Positions 42,604-55,549 are shown, numbered from the stretch's first letter. The stretch is DNA of 64,000 bases from an uncultured Actinomycetota bacterium (GCA_963760095.1 CAVXBT010000014.1:64359-128358); one strand, 5' to 3'. Notes: generated from the sequence alone by a model not told the origin. Translations and numbers: made by a program.

Positions 42604-43475
42604 TGGCAGGCGTGCGGCCGGCCTGGGTTGACGACAAGCTGTTTCCCTTCACAAGCCGGTTCGTCGAATTGAGCGGCAACGTCGTCCATTACGTGGACGA
42701 AGGTGAGGGGCCCATCCTGCTGATGCTGCACGGCAACCCGACGTGGTCATTTGTGTACCGGGACGTGATTGCCGAGCTGTCGGGATCCTTCCGGTGCATC
42801 GCGCCCGACTATCCGGGGTTCGGGTTGTCGACCCCAGCACCCGGATATCAATTCCATCCCGCCGACCATGCGCGCCTGGTGGGCGAGTTTGTAGACCGTC
42901 TCGATCTGCGTGATGTCACCTTGATCGTGCAGGACTGGGGAGGACCCATCGGACTGACGGTCGCCCTGCCACGCAGGGATCGGTTCTCGCGTCTGGTGGT
43001 GGGCAATACCTGGGCGTGGCCGGTCAACGGGGACCCGCATTTCGAGTTGTTTTCCCACTTCATGGGCGGTCCGATCGGCCGCCCCCTAATCCGCCACTTC
43101 AACTTCTTCGTCAACGTCATGATCCCCGCCGGGCATCGGCGCCGGAAGGTTACCGCCGCCGAGATGACCCACTACCGGCTGGCTTTGCCCACGCCGCAAC
43201 GGCGCAACCCGACCGCAATTTTTCCCAAGGACATCACTGCGGCCCGGACATTTCTCGCCGACCTCGAACACGGTCTTGAGGGGCTCGTCGAGATGCCGAC
43301 TTTGATCGTCTGGGGCGACGCTGACATAGCCTTCCGCGCCAAGGAACGTCGGCGCTGGGAAAACCTCATGCCCCGGCACCACACCGTCGTGCTCACCGGT
43401 GCCGGACACTATCTGCAGTCCGACGCCCCGGCTGACTTCGCTGACGCGGTCAGTACTTGGTGCAACAGGCGATAG
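42603..43475 (+). CDS. Alpha/beta hydrolase, haloalkane dehalogenase-like (Rv1833c type)
   Basis: LHGNPTW, QDWGGP, WGDAD, GHYLQ. TGATG overlap with dnaQ. Confidence 0.85.
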   Translation: MAGVRPAWVDDKLFPFTSRFVELSGNVVHYVDEGEGPILLMLHGNPTWSFVYRDVIAELSGSFRCIAPDYPGFGLSTPAPGYQFHPADHARLVGEFVDRLDLRDVTLIVQDWGGPIGLTVALPRRDRFSRLVVGNTWAWPVNGDPHFELFSHFMGGPIGRPLIRHFNFFVNVMIPAGHRRRKVTAAEMTHYRLALPTPQRRNPTAIFPKDITAARTFLADLEHGLEGLVEMPTLIVWGDADIAFRAKERRRWENLMPRHHTVVLTGAGHYLQSDAPADFADAVSTWCNRR

Positions 43476-43494
43476 AAAAGCCACCCGAGCCGTC

Positions 43495-44394
43495 TTACGA
43501 CGCTGGTACTGAACGCATCGGTGTGACGCTGATCGGCCAGTGCAACTCGATCGCGCCGTTTTCACCGACGGTGACCTGATCGGGTGCGAAAGCCGCGGCA
43601 AGGCCGCTGAGCGCCTGGGTCACGGTGGCCGGATCCGAGCTGTAGATCGTGATGGAACGGGCGGGCATCTTGGCAGCGGCTTCGGCCGCGACCACAGCGA
43701 TGTTGTTAAGCACGACCGGCACTTGCCCGACGAGGGCGGTGAGTACCGCAGCGGCGCGCAGATCGAGTCCCCCGGTGGCCAAGATCGCCTTGGCTGTGGG
43801 AGACGACGTCAATTGCGGATTGTTCTGCAGTGCCGCACCGGCCCGTAGGCGTTCGGCGTCGTCGGCGTCGCGATCGCGTTGGATCTGATCCGGGGGTGTC
43901 AGCGCAAGGACGTAGCGGACCTGAATGTCGTCGAACATCGCGACCGCAACCGACGATTTCCACACGGTCGCCAAAGCTGAGTCGGCTGGCGGAGCAGTGT
44001 TCGTCGCGGTGACCAAGTAGCTGTAGTTGGTCCAGTTCTTCCCGGCGGCCGCCAACGACACGGGCTGATACCCGGCAGGCGGGTCGACTGCGTCGGCGAG
44101 CAGATGGATGCCGGTCGGCAGATTTGCCCGAATCCATTCTGCCGCAGCAGCATCCGATCTTTGTCGTGTTGTCGTGGACGCTGCCTCCGGTCGCGGCGCG
44201 GCACCGGTGTGCGTGAACGCCAGCCATCCCACGTGACCTGCCACTGCGAGACCGGCCAATAGCGCCAACGTGATGCGGAAAACGCGGCGCCCGGCCGAGG
44301 CCGACGCGCGATGACGATCCGTCACAAGCTGTGTTGCATGCCAAAGACCGGCGAGGTCAGCCCGGTGGCCGCTCCGGGCGATGTAATGCTGCAT
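43495..44394 (-). CDS. Membrane-anchored hypothetical protein resembling the extracellular tail of actinobacterial GT-C glycosyltransferases
   Basis: One TM helix, then AAAEWIRANLP and RLRAGAALQNNPQL...LDLRAAAVL motifs. Start uncertain. Confidence 0.55.
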   Translation of the reverse strand: MQHYIARSGHRADLAGLWHATQLVTDRHRASASAGRRVFRITLALLAGLAVAGHVGWLAFTHTGAAPRPEAASTTTRQRSDAAAAEWIRANLPTGIHLLADAVDPPAGYQPVSLAAAGKNWTNYSYLVTATNTAPPADSALATVWKSSVAVAMFDDIQVRYVLALTPPDQIQRDRDADDAERLRAGAALQNNPQLTSSPTAKAILATGGLDLRAAAVLTALVGQVPVVLNNIAVVAAEAAAKMPARSITIYSSDPATVTQALSGLAAAFAPDQVTVGENGAIELHWPISVTPMRSVPAS

Positions 44395-44712
44395 CAGTCC
44401 GCCCATCCATGCCGGCCCCAATTGATCGGCCGCCAGTCGGCGGCCCGCACTCGAAGAGGTTAAGGAAACGTACCCATCAAATCGGTGAACGAATCTGATT
44501 ACCTGGAAATATCGACCGAATAACCGGTACGGGCGGCCAGCCATGGTGCAGGCGATCCGGGGGACCTTTTCGGGCGCATGCGTGCTGCGAGGATCTGGCT
44601 ATGCCAACTAGCGTTATCCCCGCCGCACAATGGGCTCAGCGCCGAAAACCGGGGTTGTGCGAAGGCCCAGACCTTGGCCGGATGCTGGTGGCCAAGGTCT
44701 CGGCGTGATGAC

Positions 44713-46563
<1,851 letters not shown>

Positions 46564-46616
46564 CTATGGCGGCGACCGGCGCGTCGCGAACACCCGCGAC
46601 GGGAAGCCGGTCTGGA

Positions 46617-46658
46617 TCAGACCCCGTCGCGGCGTCCGAGAAGGAGCACCCGCTGCAC
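46617..46658 (-). promoter_or_regulatory. leuA leader peptide MQRVLLLGRRDGV* (actinobacterial LEU element), leaderless promoter
   Basis: GTG CAG CGG GTG CTC CTT CTC GGA CGC CGC GAC GGG GTC TGA contains three consecutive Leu codons. TAGAGT -10 at 46666-46671. Confidence 0.85.
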
Positions 46659-46705
46659 GTCGGCTACTCTACCGCGCCTGCGCGGTGGCCCAAAACCCCA
46701 GGCCG

Positions 46706-47095
46706 CTAGTTCGTGGCCGGGACGATCCGCACCGGGATGTCGGTGTTTTCGTCGGTGTAGTAGCTCGCGCACACGCGGTGGTAGCCGTCGGCGATCTGCA
46801 GTGCCACGCCAGTGTTGAGGTCACCGCGCACGGCCAGGATGGGGGACAGCGGCCTGCCCTTCTTGATCTTCTTCAGATCCGCCAACACGTGCGGGTTGTC
46901 GGCAGGCAGCAGCGCCAAGCTCGATGCCCGCAGCAGATCCTTGGCCTTTTTGTGCACGATCGGGGCTTTCTTCAGCGCTGCCACGATTTCATCGATTTGT
47001 GCAGCCGTCGCGAGCAGGGCGAGATAGTCCGCGGCCGCCGGATAGTCATGCTCGTCCGGTGCTTCGCCCCATAGCACCCCGCTGCCACTAGCCAT
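46706..47095 (-). CDS. Small stand-alone ParB/Srx-like domain protein
   Basis: 129 aa; LSPILAVRG...LQIADGYHRVCA matches the ParB/sulfiredoxin DGxHR motif. No HTH. Confidence 0.7.
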   Translation of the reverse strand: MASGSGVLWGEAPDEHDYPAAADYLALLATAAQIDEIVAALKKAPIVHKKAKDLLRASSLALLPADNPHVLADLKKIKKGRPLSPILAVRGDLNTGVALQIADGYHRVCASYYTDENTDIPVRIVPATN

Positions 47096-47546
47096 CGCGA
47101 CCACCCTTCTCAGCACGTCTACGCCGGGCATCCATTAGCCACATTGATATCAAATGCCGGAAAAGCGTTGTCGTTATCTGAACGGTTGGCGACGAGGCCG
47201 TGGTCACTTCGGGCTTCGGTCGGCGGGGTTCCGCACGCTTCTGCCGCCGCTTTCGAGGTGCATGAGCCCTAGCCGCTCCACTCGGCGGTACTGCCGGCTT
47301 GGCTGCGGGCGCAGCGCCGACAACTCCTCTTCCTTCCCGCTGCGCACAACATTGCTAGGGCAGGCGAACGACCGAGGGATCTTGATTACCTGCCAATGCG
47401 AACCCTGGCGTCCCGTTCGTGGGGAGTGTGCGCCCCACAATCGTTGTGTTGACCCTTCGATTGGAAGTCGGGTAGTTCACTACGCATGCGGCCCTGCGGT
47501 CGATGTTTTTACGGTCGAGGCACCGCAACACAATCAGGAGGGTCCA

Positions 47547-48386
47547 ATGACCGTTGTGCAGGAGAAGCGGCCAGTCAAAACCGCCAAGCAAGAGCAGGAC
47601 TGGAGCCATGTTCGTGGCTACGGCTGGCGACCGCAGCTGCCGGACGCCCGGGACAGGGTCTATGCGCCGAGGCTCGAGAGCCTGCCCCCCGAGTACGACT
47701 TGCGGCCGTCCATGCCGCCGGTCTACGACCAGGGCCAGCTCGGATCGTGCACCGGAAATGCGATCGCCGGAGCGATGGAATACGAGCGCGATCGCCAGGG
47801 GTTGTCCGATTTCGTTCCGTCGCGGTTGTTCATCTACTACAACGAACGCGCACTGGAAGGCACCGTGTCCAACGACGCCGGTGCCGCGATCCGCGACGGC
47901 ATCAAGGTTGTCAACACCGGGGGCGTCTGCCCGGAGACGCTGTGGCCGTACAACATCGGGATGTTCACGGTGAAGCCGCCGCAGCGCTGCTACGTCGCCG
48001 CGAAGAAGGATACGGCGGTTCAGTACGAGGCGATCCAGACGCTGGGCGACCTCAAAGACGCGATCGCGTCCAATCTCTCGGTCGTGTTCGGGTTCACCGT
48101 GCACCAGAGCTTCGAATCGCAGGCCGTCGCCCAGACGGGCGTGATGCCGTTGCCTACGCCCGGTGATGCCGTGGTCGGCGGCCATGCAGTTCTCGCAGTG
48201 GGTTACTCGGATCCCAAGGGTCAGCTCATCGTTCGCAACTCGTGGGGAGCCTCGTGGGGTGACCACGGCTACTTCTACATGCCTTACCAGTATGTGACCG
48301 GGTCCAAGCTGAGCGTTGATAGCTCACCGATCGATCACGTGCACTTGGCCAGCGACTTCTGGGCGATCCAGATGGTTTCGTCGTAG
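47547..48386 (+). CDS. C1 family papain-like cysteine protease, no signal peptide
   Basis: YDQGQLGSCTGNA (Gln, Cys), GGHAVLAVGY (His), VRNSWG (Asn). RBS AGGAGG upstream. Confidence 0.92.
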   Translation: MTVVQEKRPVKTAKQEQDWSHVRGYGWRPQLPDARDRVYAPRLESLPPEYDLRPSMPPVYDQGQLGSCTGNAIAGAMEYERDRQGLSDFVPSRLFIYYNERALEGTVSNDAGAAIRDGIKVVNTGGVCPETLWPYNIGMFTVKPPQRCYVAAKKDTAVQYEAIQTLGDLKDAIASNLSVVFGFTVHQSFESQAVAQTGVMPLPTPGDAVVGGHAVLAVGYSDPKGQLIVRNSWGASWGDHGYFYMPYQYVTGSKLSVDSSPIDHVHLASDFWAIQMVSS

Positions 48387-48418
48387 CCGATAACCCGACA
48401 GCGGAATTCCGCGGTGAG

Positions 48419-48454
48419 TACTGCTATCCGGAACATTGAACCGGAATAGCAGTA
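48419..48454 (+). terminator. Hairpin downstream of the C1 protease (terminator or operator)
   Basis: TACTGCTATCCGG-aacattgaa-CCGGAATAGCAGTA, stem with one bulge. Preceded by the perfect palindrome GCGGAATTCCGC at 48401-48412. Confidence 0.55.
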
Positions 48455-48690
48455 GCATCGCTGGTCGTGGGCACTCGGTCCCGGCTAGCGATGTATACGC
48501 GGCCTGCATCAAGCTTGAAGCCATCGACCGGGAGGGAATGGCGATGGTGATTCGCCGCGGCCGTGATCACTAAATGGTCATTCCCCCAACGGGACCCGCG
48601 TAGTGCGCTACGGATGCGCAGCGGTGTCGACGAGGTCCATCCTTCGGGGGTGTCTCACTGTAAGCACCCGCTGTCGCCAGGCCGTCGACG

Positions 48691-50187
48691 GTGACCGCCG
48701 TGCCTCCGCCCGGGCCAGGGCGCCGATCCCTGGTCAGCCCGATCGTGATGGGCGCGACCGTCGAACACCTTGTGCACACCGACCCGCAGGATCGACGTGC
48801 GGTGCTGGTCGAGCTTCGGCTGGACGCGGGCGTGAGGCCGGCCGCGGCTCGCCGCGGCTTCCTCGCACTGTTCACGGAGGTGTTCGGGAACGCGGGTCCA
48901 CCGCGACCGGTGCCCATCGCGCGACGTTACATGCGGTGCATGCTCACTCCCGACGAGATCACTCAGTTGCTGCGCGGAGGCGACTCGGCGACCCAGGCCG
49001 GAGCTCAACGCGCCCGTGGACTCATCTTTCACGTGTGGCCGGACCTGATCCTGCGCGCCCACATCGACCGCTCCATCAGCACCATCAAGGCCGACGCCGC
49101 CGCTCGTACGTTCCGCTGCGGCGGTGACGGCGTGGTGTGGGCAGTGATCGATTCGGGTGTTGACGCCAGCCACCCGCACTTCACCGCGCACCGCACGCTG
49201 TCGGTGCCGGGGGTCGCGAAACTGCACCGCGATTTCACGATCCCGTCGTCCCCGGACGCCAAGCCGTCCCCGCTCACCGACGCCTACGGGCACGGCACCC
49301 ACGTCGCCGGGATCATCGCCGGCGAGGCGCCGCCGGACGCCACGAGGCTGCGGATCGCCCACAATGAACCGACCATTCAGGACCTACCGCAGTGGGAGCT
49401 GCGCACGCTAGCGCAGGGCAGCACCTTGTCCGGCATGGCGCCGACGGCCGGCCTGGTCAGCCTCAAGGTCCTCGACGACAACGGCAACACGCAGTCGAGC
49501 GTGGTGATCCAGGCGATCGATTACGTCCGCACCGTCAACGCGGACGGCCGCGACCTGCAAATTCACGGCGTCAACCTGTCCCTCGGCTGTCCCTGGCCGC
49601 CGGGCGAGTACGCGGCAGGGCAAAGCCCGCTGTGCCGCGAATTGGACCTGCTGACCGGTACCGGCGTGGTAGCGGTCGTCAGTGCCGGAAACGAGGGCGC
49701 AGGCGGAACCCTGGAGGGCCCGTCCGCGGACGTGCGCGGGCAGTTGTCGACGATCACCGACCCCGGAAACGCGGCCACCGCCATCACCGTCGGATCTGTG
49801 CACCGCTACCGGCCGCACACCTACGGAGTGAGCTTCGACTCGTCGAAGGGGCCCACGCTGGACGGGCGCCTCAAGCCGGAACTGGTGGCGCCCGGTGAAG
49901 CCATCACCTCGGCCGCCACCGGGCAACTGGCCGCTGTTCCGCCGCTGGCACCCGCCGCGGGCGACCCTTCGAACGTGGCCCGCTACATCGAAGATAGCGG
50001 CACCTCGATGTCGGCGGCCCACGTTTCGGGGGCGATCGCTGCGTTCTTGTCGGTCCGCAGCGAGTACATCGGGCAGCCGGCGATGGTCAAGAAACTGTTG
50101 TGCGACTCCGCGACAGACCTGGGACGACACGAGTTCTACCAGGGTTCCGGCTTGATCGACCTGCTGCGGGCCCTGTCCAACACCTAG
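48691..50187 (+). CDS. S8 subtilisin-like serine protease with N-terminal prodomain, no signal peptide
   Basis: VIDSGV (Asp), HGTHVAG (His), SAGNEG (oxyanion Asn), GTSMSA (Ser), SSKGPTLDGRLKPELVAPG. Confidence 0.93.
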   Translation: MTAVPPPGPGRRSLVSPIVMGATVEHLVHTDPQDRRAVLVELRLDAGVRPAAARRGFLALFTEVFGNAGPPRPVPIARRYMRCMLTPDEITQLLRGGDSATQAGAQRARGLIFHVWPDLILRAHIDRSISTIKADAAARTFRCGGDGVVWAVIDSGVDASHPHFTAHRTLSVPGVAKLHRDFTIPSSPDAKPSPLTDAYGHGTHVAGIIAGEAPPDATRLRIAHNEPTIQDLPQWELRTLAQGSTLSGMAPTAGLVSLKVLDDNGNTQSSVVIQAIDYVRTVNADGRDLQIHGVNLSLGCPWPPGEYAAGQSPLCRELDLLTGTGVVAVVSAGNEGAGGTLEGPSADVRGQLSTITDPGNAATAITVGSVHRYRPHTYGVSFDSSKGPTLDGRLKPELVAPGEAITSAATGQLAAVPPLAPAAGDPSNVARYIEDSGTSMSAAHVSGAIAAFLSVRSEYIGQPAMVKKLLCDSATDLGRHEFYQGSGLIDLLRALSNT

Positions 50188-50197
50188 CCGCGAGGGG

Positions 50198-51478
50198 ATG
50201 AGGATCGTGACCGACTTCAACGGATTGACCTACTACGAGGTCGATTTCAACTCCGACGGCACACTCGACACCGCTGGCGGCGCGGGCGACGGCGGACTGC
50301 CGGCGGCGGTGGCCGCCGGCGGCATCAACGATCTGTTCGTGTTCTCACACGGCTGGAACAGCGGGGTGGATTCCGCGCGCGACCTCTATCAGGCGATGTT
50401 CGGGCTGCTGGCCAACCAGCTCGGCGGACATCTGTCGAGCAGTGCCGCGGTGGGGATCATCTGGCCCTCGCTGCTGTTTCCCGACGACGACCCCGACACC
50501 GCACCGCCGGTGCCGTCGACCGGCGCGCAGTTGGCCGCTGCGCTCACACCGGCCTTCCCGGGCCAGCAGCAGCAGCTGGCCACCATGGGTCAGTTGCTCG
50601 ACCAGCAACCCCAAGACCCGGTCAAACTGACCCAGTTCCATCAGCTCGCGGCCGGATTGGTGACCACACCGGCCCAAGGTGTCGAAGACACCGGCGAGGC
50701 GGCCCTGCTCACCGCCGACACCGCGACGGCATTCGGGCACGCGGCGGCCATGGCGCCACACGCCCCAAGCGGCGCGCAGGGCATCGGCAACCCGTTCACC
50801 GGGTTGTGGAGCGGCGCGCGTGAGGTGCTGCGCACCCTGAGTTACTACGAAATGAAGAACCGGGCCGGCGTGATCGGCCAGAGCGGCCTCGGCCCACTGC
50901 TCGCCGGCCTCACTGGGCCAGGCGGCCCACCGCGAATCCACCTGATGGGTCACAGTTTCGGGGCCCGGCTGGTCTCTTACTCCCTGGCGGGTCTGCGCGC
51001 CGATCAGACCGGCGCGGCCAGCCCGGTCAAATCGCTCACCCTGATCCAGGGCGCGTTTTCCCACTTCACTTTCGCCTCGTCCCTGATGTTCGATCCGTCC
51101 CGGGCGGGTGGGCTGGCGGGCGCCGGCAGCCGGGTCGACGGGCCCTTGCTGGCCACGTTCAGCAGCGCCGACCGGGCGTGCGGGTGGTGGTATCCGACGG
51201 CGAGCATGCTCGCCGGTCAGGACAGCGAATCCGCCACCGACCTGGTGTTTCGGTGGGGCGCGATGGGCCACGACGGGTACCAGCAGACCCCGACGCCTGC
51301 CACGGTGCTGCTGCAACCGCAGGGAAAGCCGTACAGCTTCGGGTCCGGCAACTTTTACGACCTGGATGCCAACGCGGTCATCTGCACCAACCAGTCCCCC
51401 ATCAGTGGGGCGCACAGTGACATCCGCCACCCAGAAGTGCTCTGGGCCGTCGTCGCCGCTGCGGGGCTCAGCACCTGA
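50198..51478 (+). CDS. Alpha/beta hydrolase (lipase/esterase-like), no signal peptide, coupled to the S8 protease
   Basis: FSHGWN oxyanion motif, GHSFG nucleophile elbow, FSSAD, GAHSDI. 10-bp gap with GAGGGG RBS after the S8 stop. Confidence 0.85.
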   Translation: MRIVTDFNGLTYYEVDFNSDGTLDTAGGAGDGGLPAAVAAGGINDLFVFSHGWNSGVDSARDLYQAMFGLLANQLGGHLSSSAAVGIIWPSLLFPDDDPDTAPPVPSTGAQLAAALTPAFPGQQQQLATMGQLLDQQPQDPVKLTQFHQLAAGLVTTPAQGVEDTGEAALLTADTATAFGHAAAMAPHAPSGAQGIGNPFTGLWSGAREVLRTLSYYEMKNRAGVIGQSGLGPLLAGLTGPGGPPRIHLMGHSFGARLVSYSLAGLRADQTGAASPVKSLTLIQGAFSHFTFASSLMFDPSRAGGLAGAGSRVDGPLLATFSSADRACGWWYPTASMLAGQDSESATDLVFRWGAMGHDGYQQTPTPATVLLQPQGKPYSFGSGNFYDLDANAVICTNQSPISGAHSDIRHPEVLWAVVAAAGLST

Positions 51479-51607
51479 TCGACAGTCGTCAGTCCAAGGC
51501 AGCCCCGGTGGGCGGTCGGCGGTGGCGGCCGTCAGCCGGGTGCCGTCCCACGTATTCTGTTCTCGACCCAAAACCGACCAGTAACTTTCGAACCTAAGAG
51601 AGCAAAA

Positions 51608-53910
<2,303 letters not shown>

Positions 53911-53917
53911 CCCGCGG

Positions 53918-55084
53918 GTGAGCCCTGCCGATTCCCGCCGGATCGCGCGCTGCTCACTGATCGCCATGACCATGGCGTGGCTGCTTGCCGGCCAAAGGTT
54001 CCCGCCCGCCCACGCCGATCCACCGGCGCCCATGCCGGAACCGGTCCTGGGGCCGCTGGCGCCCGGTGAGGTGATCCGGATCGGTCCGACCGCGGGGACC
54101 GGGACGCCGACCCGTGACTACGGCATCGGGGCCACCGACTTGTGCGTGTTCATCGAGTTCCCCACGCAGGTGGTGCAGGTCTGCGGCGACAGTTTCGCCG
54201 GCCAGGGCGTCGGCTTCGGCGGTTACTATTCGCCGATCGCGTTGCGCGTGGACACGTCGTCCGTCGATGACCCGGACGGGGTCCGCTACACCGGGGTCAC
54301 CGGCGTCACGGAGCCGCTGCTGGCCGACCCAACGCCGTCGGGCGCATCCCAGCTACCGGCCGGCGTCGTGCAGATCAACCGGCAGAATTACCTGCTCGTC
54401 ACCACCACCAAAGACCTGGTGCCGCAGACCTCACGGTTGGTGAAAGCCGAACCCACACAAGGCTCTTGGCCGACCCTTCCGGGTTCGGTCCGGGAAGCCG
54501 ACTATGCGGGCGGCCGGCAGTCGCAGATCAGTGGCTACTACGACCCGATACCGACGTCTGAGTCGCAGACCGGCTGGGTGTACGTCGTCGCCGATGACTT
54601 CGACCGCAGTCAACCGGCGGTGCTCTACCGTGTTGCACCCCAACACTTCGGCGACCGTTCGCGGTGGCAGGGCTGGGCGTCGGGTCCTGATGGTGGTTGG
54701 GATAAGCAGCCAACGCCATTGTGGGGCGACCTGATCGGTGAGATCAGTTTCAAGCAGATCGACGGTAAGGCGGTGCTGTCGTATTTCAATTCGAGCACCG
54801 GAAACATGGAAGTGCGGGTGGCTGACGACCCGACCTCGCTGGGCAGTTCGCCGGTCACCACCGTGGTCCAGCACGACGACTGGCCCGAACCCGCGGAAAG
54901 CCTGCCGCCGCCTTACGACAACCGGCTGGCTCAGCCCTACGGTGGGTACATCTCCCCGGGCTCGACACTGGACGAGTTGCGAGTGTTCGTCAGTCAGTGG
55001 CACAACGTCGATCCGCGGGCCCGCTCCCCTTACCGGGTGATCCAGTTCGCGGTCAACCCGTTCAAGCCCTGGTCAGAGCCTTAG
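53918..55084 (+). CDS. DUF4185 protein, Rv3707c ortholog (GH183 endo-D-arabinanase family)
   Basis: Signal peptide, GATDLC...CGDSF, PYGGYI...FVSQW motifs; follows asd as in Mtb. Confidence 0.85.
   Translation: MSPADSRRIARCSLIAMTMAWLLAGQRFPPAHADPPAPMPEPVLGPLAPGEVIRIGPTAGTGTPTRDYGIGATDLCVFIEFPTQVVQVCGDSFAGQGVGFGGYYSPIALRVDTSSVDDPDGVRYTGVTGVTEPLLADPTPSGASQLPAGVVQINRQNYLLVTTTKDLVPQTSRLVKAEPTQGSWPTLPGSVREADYAGGRQSQISGYYDPIPTSESQTGWVYVVADDFDRSQPAVLYRVAPQHFGDRSRWQGWASGPDGGWDKQPTPLWGDLIGEISFKQIDGKAVLSYFNSSTGNMEVRVADDPTSLGSSPVTTVVQHDDWPEPAESLPPPYDNRLAQPYGGYISPGSTLDELRVFVSQWHNVDPRARSPYRVIQFAVNPFKPWSEP
55044..55069 (+). repeat. attL core AGTTCGCGGTCAACCCGTTCAAGCCC
   Basis: Last codons of the DUF4185 gene (FAVNPFKP); repeated at 56686. 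Confidence 0.88.
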
Positions 55085-55500
55085 ATCTCGTGGCTGGTCC
55101 GCACTGCGTCCGCAGCAGACCCAAGAGACTGATCCAGCAGGTGCCCTGCCGCCTTGCGGGTCCGGTCGTTGGCCTCAGATGTGAGTACGTCGTCGAGGCG
55201 ATGGCCGCAGAGGATGCCCGAGCGCCCGCTGGACCGTGACGACATCGCAGCCTGCTCGGATGAGCCGGGAGGCGTAAAAGTGTCGCGGGTCGTGCAGCCG
55301 GTACGGAACACCCACCTGGTTGCGGGCACCGCGCCAGTATCGCGCCACCGTGGCTGCGTGGGCGGGCAGCTTGGCGTCACGGCTGCCGGGGAACAGCCAG
55401 CGGTCAGGGTTGTCGCCGGGTCGGTCCGGACCTCATAGCGACCCATAGACGCGACCGCGCCCGACACGAACTTGCGTCGGTTCTGGACCTGCCGACGGTG
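55081..55500 (-). pseudogene. Tyrosine integrase C-terminal remnant, frameshifted
   Basis: Mixed frames give RWLFPG...YRLHDPRHFYASRLIRAGCDVVTVQRALGH (HxxR, LGH), TYSHL (catalytic Tyr) and ANDRTRKAAGHLLDQSLG...*. Confidence 0.88.
55097..55118 (+). repeat. 22-bp repeat GTCCGCA(C/G)TGCGTCCGCAGCAG, copy 1, candidate integrase arm site
   Basis: Second copy at 56578-56599 (21/22). Each copy holds two GTCCGCA units. Confidence 0.7.
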
Positions 55501-55549
55501 GTTAGATTAGGTACCGAGCAGATGACACCGAAGAAATGGAAATCCTGCC

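Noticed and set aside
47130-47546. 5' extension of the C1 protease ORF and the minus-strand 78-aa ORF (47204-47440)
   Set aside because: No motifs, and the RBS supports ATG 47547. The region is best read as a divergent promoter spacer, though a degraded gene cannot be excluded.
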